From Deferribacterales bacterium (lineage in GTDB: Bacteria; Chrysiogenota; Deferribacteres; Deferribacterales; Geovibrionaceae), in the NCBI GenBank assembly GCA_050251945.1, contig JBFWLW010000004.1, positions 1 to 64,000 of the forward strand: a stretch of 64,000 nucleotides of DNA. Reading direction: 5' to 3'. How positions within the stretch are numbered: position 1 is the first letter of the stretch; each line of letters begins with the position of its first letter. The position numbers and the translations under genes were made by a program. The notes beneath the pieces are model-generated. The model was not told the origin of the DNA. It searched no databases and saw only the letters and a list, made by a program, of their open reading frames with translations. Positions 19,792 through 28,633 of the stretch are shown here, in pieces.

Positions 19792-20574
19792 GTGGAAGCT
19801 TTCAAAGCAGTCTATATTTTTTTCATCGGCGCATGTCTCGGCAGCTTTATGAATGTTCTGACATATCGTCTCCCAAGAGGACTAAATATCGCAACCCCGC
19901 CGTCGTCCTGTACAAAATGCGGACAGAGGATAAGGTTCTACGATAACATACCCGTTTTTTCATGGTTCATACTGGGCGGAAGATGCAGAAGCTGCAAATC
20001 GCCTATATCAATAATGTACCCTCTGGCGGAGCTTGCCACCGGGCTTTTGTTTCTTGCGTGCTGGCTGAAATTCGGACTCACACTTGAGATGTGGCACGGA
20101 TGCGCAGTCGTTTTTTTCATGCTGGCAGCCGCTTTTTCAGATGTTTTTACCGCTGTCGACGATAATTTCGAGTGCGGGATCATTCCCGACAGTCTGAATC
20201 TTGTCGGTTTTGCGGTCGGTTTTGGTCTCTCGTGGGCGCTTTACGGCACTTTTAAATTTCCGCTTTTCGGCGCACTCACAGGCTTTCTGGGACTTTTCAT
20301 TCCCTCGTATCTTTTTAAACTGATACGAAAAAAAGAGGGCATGGGCGGCGGAGATATAAAGCTTATGGCTGTTGTCGGCGCTATGCTCGGCATAAAATCA
20401 ATATTTTTTGTTATTTTCGCATCAGCCTTTCTGGGTGCGGTGTACGGAATCTCCTTGCAGCTTGTTTCCAGACAAAAAAACATCATACTGCCTTTTGGTC
20501 CCTTTATAGCCGCCGCATCAGTTATTTATCTCTTTTATGCGCCTGTGTTCGACGCCCTGTTATACAACAGGTGA
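19792..20574 (+). CDS. pilD: Prepilin peptidase
   Basis: GSFMNV..R, CxxC...DNIP..SW...GRCRSC, GMGGGDIKL, LPFGPFI. Confidence 0.93.
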   Translation: MEAFKAVYIFFIGACLGSFMNVLTYRLPRGLNIATPPSSCTKCGQRIRFYDNIPVFSWFILGGRCRSCKSPISIMYPLAELATGLLFLACWLKFGLTLEMWHGCAVVFFMLAAAFSDVFTAVDDNFECGIIPDSLNLVGFAVGFGLSWALYGTFKFPLFGALTGFLGLFIPSYLFKLIRKKEGMGGGDIKLMAVVGAMLGIKSIFFVIFASAFLGAVYGISLQLVSRQKNIILPFGPFIAAASVIYLFYAPVFDALLYNR

Positions 20575-20596
20575 GTGAAAAATAACCATCGCGCTC

Positions 20597-20625
20597 TTGA
20601 ACATTGCTCTAATATCAGTTATAAC
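20597..20625 (+). promoter_or_regulatory. Putative sigma70 promoter of tyrS
   Basis: TTGAAC-N17-TATAAC. Confidence 0.45.
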
Positions 20626-20666
20626 GTAAGACTATTTTAAAAGACCGCATATCGGTCGGAGGAAAA

Positions 20667-21869
20667 GTGTTAAGACCCGAAGAACAAATGGAACAGATAA
20701 AACGGGGAACTGAAGAAATTATCAGCGAGGAAGACCTGCTGAAAAAACTTCAGAAATCCTATGACGAAGGCAAACCCCTCAGAATAAAAGCGGGATTTGA
20801 CCCGACGGCACCGGATCTTCACCTCGGACACACTGTTCTCATCCAGAAGCTGAAACACTTTCAGGATCTGGGGCATCAGGTGATATTCCTTATCGGGGAT
20901 TTCACAGGTATGATAGGCGATCCCACAGGAAAGAGCGAAACCCGTAAGGCTTTGACAAAAGAGCAGGTTCTCGCCAATGCCGAAACATATAAGGAACAGG
21001 TTTTCAAAATACTTGATCCCGAAAAAACTGAGGTTGCATTCAACAGCACATGGATGGAAGCCATGGATTCTCAGGGTATGATCAGACTGGCTTCTCAATA
21101 TACCGTTGCGAGGATGCTTGAACGCGATGACTTTACTAAAAGATACGCGGCAAACAAACCGATAAGCATACACGAGTTCCTGTACCCGCTGGTGCAGGGA
21201 TACGACTCCGTTGCCCTTAAAAGCGACGTTGAACTCGGCGGAACAGATCAGAAATTCAACCTGCTTGTCGGGCGCGATCTTCAGAGGTCACACGGACAGG
21301 CTCCGCAGGTGGCGCTTACAATGCCCATCCTCGAAGGTCTGGACGGCGTGAACAAGATGTCCAAATCACTGAACAACTATATCGGCATAGCGGAATCACC
21401 CGCCGACATGTTCGGGAAGATGATGTCAATATCCGACGACCTGATGTTCAGATATTATCTTCTTCTGTCTGACAGGACGCTTGCGGATATCGACTTACTT
21501 AAAAAAGCAGTGGCAGACGGCTCCAAGCATCCTATGGAAGCGAAAAAGGAGCTTGCCGTTGAGATAATCACACGTTTCCACTCTGCCGGCGCGGCAGCGA
21601 AAGCAAGGGAAGGTTTTGAAAAGATATTCTCAAAACACGAAAACCCTGACGATATGGAAATATGTGAAGCAAAAACAGACGAAAAACTCGTCGATATCAT
21701 CGACAGACTGAAATTTGCACCCAGCAAAAGCGAAGCAAGGCGCACAGCCAAAGCCGGCGGGGTGTATATTGACGGAAATAAGGTCGAAAGTATCGACATC
21801 ACCCTTGAAAAAGGTGAGTATGTATTAAAGGTCGGCAAGAAAAATTTTGCCAGACTGACAGTTAATTAG
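20667..21869 (+). CDS. tyrS: Tyrosine--tRNA ligase
   Basis: [27 protein letters not shown]-terminal S4 domain. Confidence 0.97.
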   Translation: MLRPEEQMEQIKRGTEEIISEEDLLKKLQKSYDEGKPLRIKAGFDPTAPDLHLGHTVLIQKLKHFQDLGHQVIFLIGDFTGMIGDPTGKSETRKALTKEQVLANAETYKEQVFKILDPEKTEVAFNSTWMEAMDSQGMIRLASQYTVARMLERDDFTKRYAANKPISIHEFLYPLVQGYDSVALKSDVELGGTDQKFNLLVGRDLQRSHGQAPQVALTMPILEGLDGVNKMSKSLNNYIGIAESPADMFGKMMSISDDLMFRYYLLLSDRTLADIDLLKKAVADGSKHPMEAKKELAVEIITRFHSAGAAAKAREGFEKIFSKHENPDDMEICEAKTDEKLVDIIDRLKFAPSKSEARRTAKAGGVYIDGNKVESIDITLEKGEYVLKVGKKNFARLTVN

Positions 21870-21878
21870 GAGGATACA

Positions 21879-23135
21879 GTGTCTATTGTAAGACCTTTTG
21901 CGGGCGTACGTTACAACCTTGAGGAAGTTCTTCTGAAAAGCGTGGTAGCTCCGCCATACGATGTCATTTCTCCGGAAATGAAACAGGCTCTGAAAGATAA
22001 AAGCCCCTATAATGTGGTGACACTGGATTTGCCCGACGGCGCAGACGATAAATATGACAACGCCGCCGCCCTTTACAAACAGTATTGCGACAATAAGATA
22101 CTCGTAAAAGACGAAAAACCTTCGTTCTATGTTTACGAGCAGGTTTATACATACGGCGGAAAGGAATATGTCCGCACCGGTTTTGTCGGACTTCTGAAAC
22201 TGGAAGAACTGGGCAAAGGCTCCGTTTATCCCCATGAAAAGACGCTTTCCGGTCCCAAAAAGGACAGATTTGAGCTGATGAAGGCATGTAAGACCGATTT
22301 CAGCCAGATATTCGGTCTCTATATGGACAAAGACAACCGCATGAACCTCGTTTTCAATGAGGCGAAAAAGAATATGCCTACAGCGTCCGCTATGGATGAA
22401 GACGGCGTTAAAAATACCATCTGGTCTGTAAACGGCGAGAACACTGTCCGCATGATCGAAGAGTTCATGAAGGATAAGGCTATATACATCGCAGACGGGC
22501 ACCACAGATACGAAACGGCTCTTAACTACAGAGACTATGCCCGTCAGCAGAACGCGGACGTGCCGAACGAAGAGAAGCCCTACGACTATGTAATGATGAT
22601 GTTCGTGAACTTCTACGACGAAGGTCTGAAGATTTTCCCCACGCACAGGGTGCTTGAGGTTGATTCTGATTTCAGCTTTGAAGGTTTCCTTGAAAAACTC
22701 CGCTACGACTTCACCGTAGAAACGCTCACCGATGCGAAATCCGCAGACGGATTTGTCAACGACCCCGCTGGCGGACGCGCTATGGCACTCTATTATGACA
22801 ACACATACTATGGAATAAAAGCTAAGGACGAAGTTATCGAAAACCTGAATCAGGTCTACCGCAAGGTTGACACATATCTGCTTCAGGAGGGCATCATGAA
22901 GAAATTCCTGAATGTCACCGACGAAAGACTTCTGAAAAAAGAGGGCGTGTATTTTGTGCAGGCTCTTGACCAGATTGAAAAACTCGCTGCCGATAAAAAG
23001 GCGGTAGGTTTTATACTCAAAGGCGTGGATATAGAAATTGTGCGCGAGATTTCCGAAAGCGGAATGGTCATGCCGCAGAAATCCACATATTTCTATCCTA
23101 AACTTCAGACAGGACTGGTTATCTATCAATTCTGA
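21879..23135 (+). CDS. DUF1015 family protein
   Basis: APPYDVI, PHEKT, YIADGHHR, MPQKSTYFYPK. Confidence 0.93.
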   Translation: MSIVRPFAGVRYNLEEVLLKSVVAPPYDVISPEMKQALKDKSPYNVVTLDLPDGADDKYDNAAALYKQYCDNKILVKDEKPSFYVYEQVYTYGGKEYVRTGFVGLLKLEELGKGSVYPHEKTLSGPKKDRFELMKACKTDFSQIFGLYMDKDNRMNLVFNEAKKNMPTASAMDEDGVKNTIWSVNGENTVRMIEEFMKDKAIYIADGHHRYETALNYRDYARQQNADVPNEEKPYDYVMMMFVNFYDEGLKIFPTHRVLEVDSDFSFEGFLEKLRYDFTVETLTDAKSADGFVNDPAGGRAMALYYDNTYYGIKAKDEVIENLNQVYRKVDTYLLQEGIMKKFLNVTDERLLKKEGVYFVQALDQIEKLAADKKAVGFILKGVDIEIVREISESGMVMPQKSTYFYPKLQTGLVIYQF

Positions 23136-23158
23136 TAAGAGGGGCGTTTAAGCCCCTT

Positions 23159-23311
23159 AGGTTGATGATAAATTGGATTTTACGTTTCTATCTCCCCCTT
23201 TAGAAAAGGGGGATTAAGGGGGATTTTGATTAAATATCAGTCAAATCCACCCCAGCCCTCCTTTTGCTAAAGGAGGGAGAAAAATCGTAATTTTGACTTT
23301 GTCATCGACCT
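23159..23311. mobile_element. 153-bp MITE carrying an inverted REP doublet, copy 2, inserted at a terminator
   Basis: TIR AGGTTGATGATAAA...TTTGTCATCGACCT; flanked by GGGGCGTTTAAGCCCCT and GGGATTCTAAGCCCCT. Confidence 0.85.
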
Positions 23312-23410
23312 TAAAGGGATTCTAAGCCCCTTTTTTGTTTCACCTTTTATAATAATCGCATTTTCGTGTATTCTGCCGTTTAATTTTTCATCGCTATGCA
23401 AAATGATAGC

Positions 23411-23439
23411 TTGACAAGCCTGCGTTATGGGATTAAATA
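23411..23439 (+). promoter_or_regulatory. Putative sigma70 promoter of rho
   Basis: TTGACA-N17-TAAATA about 155 nt before the start. Confidence 0.5.
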
Positions 23440-23595
23440 TAAGAAAAGTGCAGACGATCCCTGCGTCTGTTTCGGATATCGTTTCCCGTAATAAATCAAT
23501 ACTTTTAAACTGGTATCGTTAAAACAAACCCGTTGTTAATTTATGAACATTATTCGGTACAACCTTTTTATAATATTATCTGAATGGAGAAAATC

Positions 23596-24837
23596 GTGAA
23601 TCTTACCGATCTTAAAAAGAAAGCTATTGAAGAGCTTGTCACCATTGCAGATTCTGTCGGCATTGAAAACTCCGACGGTCTGCTTAAGCAGGAACTCATC
23701 TTTGAGATACTTAAAACCACCAGCGCCAGAAACGGACAGATATATGGTCAGGGCGTTCTGGAGATATTACCCGACGGTTTCGGGTTCCTCCGCTCACCCA
23801 ACTATAACTATCTGCCGGGTCCCGATGATATATACGTCTCTCCCGCACAGATACGCAAGTTCGGTCTCAGAAACGGAGATACTGTCGCAGGGGAGATAAG
23901 ACCCCCAAAGGACAATGAAAAATATTTCGCTCTGCTTAAGGTTGAAGAGGTAAACTTTGAAGCCGCAAACAGAATGAGAACCCTCTTTGAAAACCTCACA
24001 CCACTTTTCCCCGAAGAAAGACTACAGCTTGAAAACAAACCCTCAGCATACGAAACCAGAATAATGAACCTCATCTCGCCCATCGGTAAAGGGCAGAGAG
24101 GTCTGCTGGTTGCGCCGCCCAAAACCGGTAAAACCATGCTGCTGAAAAGCATCGCAAACTCTATCTCTGAAAATCACCCGGAAGTATACCTCATCATCCT
24201 TCTTATAGACGAGCGACCCGAAGAGGTTACAGATATGCAGCGCTCTGTTAACGCAGAGGTCATAAGCTCAACTTTCGACGAACCGGCATACAGACACGTT
24301 CAGGTATCTGAAATGGTTCTTAACAAAGCAAAAAGACTTGTTGAACATAAAAAGGACGTGGTAATCCTTCTGGACTCCATCACACGTCTTGCCCGCGCAT
24401 ACAACTCCATTGAGCCGCCCTCAGGCAAAGTGCTTTCAGGCGGTGTGGATTCAAACGCACTTCATAAACCGAAAAGATTTTTCGGCGCAGCGAGAAACAT
24501 TGAGGAGGGCGGTTCGCTCTCCATCATCGCAACTGCGCTTGTGGATACAGGTTCCAGAATGGACGAGGTTATCTTTGAGGAATTCAAAGGTACCGGCAAC
24601 ATGGAGCTTCACCTTGACAGAAGACTTGTCGAACGCCGTATCTTCCCTGCGCTTGATATCAACAAATCAGGTACCAGACGAGAAGAACTGCTTCTGACAA
24701 AAGAGGAACTGAACAAAGTATGGATACTGCGCAGATTCCTTGCGAATATGAACAGCATCGACGCTATGGAGTTTCTGCTTGATAAGATGAAAGGGACGAA
24801 GACGAATGTAGAGTTCCTTGATAACATGGGTAAATAA
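23596..24837 (+). CDS. rho: Transcription termination factor Rho
   Basis: GTG start after GGAG gives [46 protein letters not shown]. Confidence 0.97.
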   Translation: MNLTDLKKKAIEELVTIADSVGIENSDGLLKQELIFEILKTTSARNGQIYGQGVLEILPDGFGFLRSPNYNYLPGPDDIYVSPAQIRKFGLRNGDTVAGEIRPPKDNEKYFALLKVEEVNFEAANRMRTLFENLTPLFPEERLQLENKPSAYETRIMNLISPIGKGQRGLLVAPPKTGKTMLLKSIANSISENHPEVYLIILLIDERPEEVTDMQRSVNAEVISSTFDEPAYRHVQVSEMVLNKAKRLVEHKKDVVILLDSITRLARAYNSIEPPSGKVLSGGVDSNALHKPKRFFGAARNIEEGGSLSIIATALVDTGSRMDEVIFEEFKGTGNMELHLDRRLVERRIFPALDINKSGTRREELLLTKEELNKVWILRRFLANMNSIDAMEFLLDKMKGTKTNVEFLDNMGK

Positions 24838-24956
24838 AGCGTCTTTAACGCTTCACATTTCATCGTTGAAATATAGAAAATATTGCTCATGTACTTCTAT
24901 GTACACTGCGCAGATTTTCTATATTTCGCCTTGAACTGCTCGGTTCAAGCCACTTT
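24836..24956. repeat. RPE1/ERIC-like long palindromic element, copy 2
   Basis: Homolog of 131-251 with compensatory stem changes (GAAATATAGAAAAT/ATTTTCTATATTTC). Confidence 0.75.
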
Positions 24957-25085
24957 TCATAATCATTTCTTTTGGTGTCTGTATGCGGCGCATTATTGAG
25001 TCATCTTGTGCTTGTTTCGCCTAGCCCTCCTTGTTCTGCCTGCACCTATCCGCCAAATTTAAGATGGCTTTTCTTCATCTAATTT

Positions 25086-25289
25086 CCGTAAATAAGAAAG
25101 GGCTTCCGAAGAAGCCCTTTTCTCGTTAAGGCTTCATGGATGAAGCCCGTGGAGCGAGTGAAGACCGCTTTAGCGGGCTGAATGAGTGTAATGTGAGCGC
25201 AGCGAGATTCATCGAACGGAGCGTTGGCGGAAATTCTCCATGGATGGAAGAATTCCCGTAAATAAGAAAGGGCTTCCGAAGAAGCCCTT
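25086..25289. repeat. 136-bp GGA-hairpin element between 34-bp direct repeats of a terminator
   Basis: CCGTAAATAAGAAAGGGCTTCCGAAGAAGCCCTT at 25086-25119 and 25256-25289; insert homologous to 41464-41598. Confidence 0.85.
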
Positions 25290-25295
25290 AAGATG

Positions 25296-25655
25296 TTATG
25301 ACGTGCTGTCGTATAAAATTCCTACCATCTCTCTTATATTCTTTGAAAGCTTGATAGCCTCCTCCGATGGTATTTGTCTTATAACTTTCTGGTCATCCTT
25401 ATCAATGATCTTGACGACCACATCGTTGATAGAGTCATCGACTCTGAACTCACGTCTGACATTCAGAGAATCAAGGGTCAGATTAAGCTCTTTGACCGCA
25501 GTATCAACATCATCCACTTTGGGCTGTTTTACGGTCTCCTTGTTCTCATTTTTGCTGCCTTCCTTTGCAGGCACAGTCTGGCGTTGTTCATTAGTGTATG
25601 CAACATTGCTGGTTCTGGTGTCTGCGGCAGTTGGTGTTGAGCTTATGTTTGTCAT
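25296..25655 (-). CDS. flaG: Flagellar protein FlaG
   Basis: VVKIIDKDDQKVIRQIPSEE signature; follows flagellin 3; start set at MTNISS. Confidence 0.92.
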   Translation of the reverse strand: MTNISSTPTAADTRTSNVAYTNEQRQTVPAKEGSKNENKETVKQPKVDDVDTAVKELNLTLDSLNVRREFRVDDSINDVVVKIIDKDDQKVIRQIPSEEAIKLSKNIREMVGILYDSTS

Positions 25656-25715
25656 AATCCACCATCCTTGCATCATGAGGTTTCTTTAAAAAGAAACCCC
25701 TTTTTCGGCAAACTT

Positions 25716-28109
25716 TTAACCAAGAAGTTGCAGAGCCAGCTGAGACTGCGCATTTGCCTGAGATATCATGGCAACGCCGGCCTGGCTGAGGATCTGGTTT
25801 CTTGTGTAATCTGACATTTCTGAAGCCATGTCAAGGTCACGTATTCTGGATTCGGAAGCTGTCAGGTTCTCTCTCGTAGTATCAAGACCGGTGATGGTGT
25901 ACTCAAGTCTGTTGATCTGAGCACCGATTGTCGCTCTTGCACTTGAAACTTTATTCAGCGCGTTATCTATCATGGTGATAGATGACTGTGCGCTGTCCTG
26001 ATCGACCATAAGTACGTCGGAAAGTCCGAGCGCGTATGTGTCTGCCTGTGCAACGCTTGTGTTGATGGTCTGACCTTCGTTCGCACCGATCTGAAGTTCT
26101 GTTGAGTTGTCCACAAGGTGAAGTTTGATATCTTCGGCGTCGCCGGCTTCAAACTTCATTTTCTTAGCGGAATCATCCCAAGAGATATCAAGACCGAGTG
26201 CGCTGTCTATTTCAACGTTTACGCCTGCGATAACGTTTTTCAGAGTGTAGTCGTTAACTTTGTCGGAACCCACTGTTTTACCTGTGTGGGCGTCTGTAAC
26301 TGTAACTGTCAGTTCGCTGTTTTCACCGTCCTGAATTTTGGCGAGTGAAAGAGCGTTGATGAGGTTTTCATCACCGACGAATGACAATTGGCTGTCCTGA
26401 CCGAGTTTTGCAGTCTGGATAACGAACGTACCTTCAACAGCTTCGTTGGAGTTGTCTTTTGATGTAGTTACATAGTTGACAAGGTTGTTGTTAACGTCTG
26501 AAACCGTGTCGCTGGTATCGCTTGTGGCGCCCATGCCGAGAGCTTTGATTGCATCAGTCATTTTTGTTTCAAAATCTGACACAGTATCGTCGCCTTCAAG
26601 GAAGATGGTCTGTGAAGTACCGTTTCCGTAGATTGTCAGCTCCTGAGTCTGGTCGAATATGTTACGTCCGTCGTCAGTTGTGAACAGAGCGATGTCTCTC
26701 AGTTTGGTTGCAGATGTAGCAACGTCACCGCCGCCTCTCACTTCAAGGTCTAAAGAACCTGTGTCTGTGAGACCTGTAGGAGTACCGGCGTCATTGCTCG
26801 CTTCTTTGAAGTTCATTGTCATGGAACCTATGTCAAGGTTGCCTGTTGATTCATCAAGAGCGGCATAGTAAACGGTTACGTTGTTGTAGTCGATGGTATC
26901 GTCGCCGTTGTCTGCTTTAGTCAGAGAGTTGGTAGCGGTGTACTGCAGAGTGGGTCCTGTCACGTCGGAAGGTCCGCCGGATATCTGGATAGTACCGCCG
27001 CCGGATGTGGCAACGCCTGCGCCTGTGGAGTCCCCGGATACTGTCAGAAGTATCTTGTCGCCTTTCTGAACGTTTCCTGCCGCGCCGAGATCGATTGTAG
27101 TATCGATTGTCAGAGCGTCTCCGTCTGCATCAGTTGCGCCTGTTGCAAGACCTGTAACAGCGATTGTGCTGCCGCCCACAGTGATTGTGGTGTCTGCCCA
27201 GTCGCTTGCTTCGCCTGTTTTCGCGTTTACAAATCTCACTGAAACAGCAGCAGTACCTGAAGATGTAGTGGTGAAGTCTTCACCGAATTTGATCTCAAGG
27301 TATCCTGAATCTGAGAAGTCAGTGGAGTTTGCAGCGGCGGATGTAACGGAGAAGCTTGATCCTGACTGAGCGTACGTGGCTGTAACGGAAGCTGAAGTGT
27401 TTTCAACAGCCGTTTCACCCACTGTCACTGTGTAATAGCTGGTGCCTGATGTTGCAACTGTGTTGATGTCAGTGACAGATGCAACGTTGGTAGTGTTGTC
27501 AGTTCCTGCGGCAGTTGTGATCTCACCGCCGACAGCGTCGTCGTTGAGTGTCATAACGTCTGTTTTATAGACGTAGTTTTTGCCGGGATCGACTTCGATG
27601 TTCAGGTTATAGTTGCCTTCTGCAACTTTACCTGTAACGGCAACGTCGATGTCGCCGCTTTTGTCGGAAGACCAGAGAGCTGTTGAATCACCGTTCAGCA
27701 GTTTCTTGGTGTTGAACTCTGTTGATGATGCAACGCGGTCGATCTCGTCTTTAAGCTGATCCACTTCTTTCTGGATTTCCGAACGGTCGTTTGATGTGTA
27801 AACGCCGTTGGATGCCTGAACAGCGAGCTCTCTCATTCTCTGAGTCATTTCCTGAATGGTTGCCAGACCGCCTTCAGCAGTCTGAAGCATTGAAATACCG
27901 TCCTGAGCGTTTGATGATGCCCTTGAGAGACCTGAAATCTGTCCGCGCAGTTTCTCGGAAATAGCGAGACCTGATGCGTCGTCAGCCGCGCTGTTGATTC
28001 TGAGACCTGAGGAAAGTTTCTCAAGGTTTTTGGAAAGGTTGCTGCTCGTCTGATTCACATAATTCTGCGCGATCAGCGAGTTGACGTTAGTATATACTGT
28101 TAACGCCAT
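25716..28109 (-). CDS. fliC: Flagellin (797 aa), copy 3
   Basis: Conserved flagellin termini; colinear with copies 1 and 2. Confidence 0.97.
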   Translation of the reverse strand: MALTVYTNVNSLIAQNYVNQTSSNLSKNLEKLSSGLRINSAADDASGLAISEKLRGQISGLSRASSNAQDGISMLQTAEGGLATIQEMTQRMRELAVQASNGVYTSNDRSEIQKEVDQLKDEIDRVASSTEFNTKKLLNGDSTALWSSDKSGDIDVAVTGKVAEGNYNLNIEVDPGKNYVYKTDVMTLNDDAVGGEITTAAGTDNTTNVASVTDINTVATSGTSYYTVTVGETAVENTSASVTATYAQSGSSFSVTSAAANSTDFSDSGYLEIKFGEDFTTTSSGTAAVSVRFVNAKTGEASDWADTTITVGGSTIAVTGLATGATDADGDALTIDTTIDLGAAGNVQKGDKILLTVSGDSTGAGVATSGGGTIQISGGPSDVTGPTLQYTATNSLTKADNGDDTIDYNNVTVYYAALDESTGNLDIGSMTMNFKEASNDAGTPTGLTDTGSLDLEVRGGGDVATSATKLRDIALFTTDDGRNIFDQTQELTIYGNGTSQTIFLEGDDTVSDFETKMTDAIKALGMGATSDTSDTVSDVNNNLVNYVTTSKDNSNEAVEGTFVIQTAKLGQDSQLSFVGDENLINALSLAKIQDGENSELTVTVTDAHTGKTVGSDKVNDYTLKNVIAGVNVEIDSALGLDISWDDSAKKMKFEAGDAEDIKLHLVDNSTELQIGANEGQTINTSVAQADTYALGLSDVLMVDQDSAQSSITMIDNALNKVSSARATIGAQINRLEYTITGLDTTRENLTASESRIRDLDMASEMSDYTRNQILSQAGVAMISQANAQSQLALQLLG

Positions 28110-28152
28110 GATATACCTCCATGTTGGTTTGGTGTCGGCGTCCGTGCCGGCA
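28110..28152 (-). promoter_or_regulatory. CsrA-type GGA sites before flagellin 3
   Basis: TGCCGGC-ACGGAC-GCCGACA hairpin and ACATGGAGGT over the SD. Confidence 0.7.
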
Positions 28153-28231
28153 GTACTAAATTGTTGTGCGTCGAAAATTGCCGTTTTTAAAGAAACTCAA
28201 TAACCATTGGCAAGCCGATAAATCCTCCTCG

Positions 28232-28292
28232 TGAAAACAAAAAAGACCGATGCTCCGTTGTACGGATGCATCGGTCTGATTGTTTCAGTACC
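28232..28292 (-). promoter_or_regulatory. Conserved flagellin 5'-leader terminator/attenuator, copy 3
   Basis: GGTACTGAAACAATCAGACCGATGCATCCGTACAACGGAGCATCGGTCTTTTTTGTTTTCA. Confidence 0.75.
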
Positions 28293-28365
28293 GTTTTTTC
28301 AAAATGTTTCCTGCGAAACCCTTGTCCAAGGGGCTTTACAGGGATTCATGGTTTTACTGAGAATA

Positions 28366-28392
28366 ATATCGGCAGAAATATTGATAACTTTA
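28366..28392 (-). promoter_or_regulatory. Sigma28 promoter of flagellin 3
   Basis: TAAA-N15-GCCGATAT, near-perfect consensus. Confidence 0.85.
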
Positions 28393-28633
28393 GAAATTGA
28401 CGTAATTATTTCGTCATAGATGATAATGATAAGAAAATGTTCCGGGCTTTATCAAAATTTACAAGACTTTAACCACACTAAAACTCCACAATAATTTTTT
28501 TACCGTTATGTAATCGGACATTAAAGCAAATACTTTTGCTTATTTTTTCATCAATTCAAAAAAAATATAAATTATTGACGGTTTATGCAGGCGGCAGGTA
28601 TTATTTTTCTATTCTAAACGGAGACGACGCCAC

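Noticed and set aside
21825..23129. 434-aa antisense ORF
   Set aside because: Lies opposite the well-supported DUF1015 gene with no recognisable motifs; a codon-bias shadow.
24957..25080. Possible gene remnant between rho and flaG
   Set aside because: Only very short frames with no recognisable homology; left unassigned.
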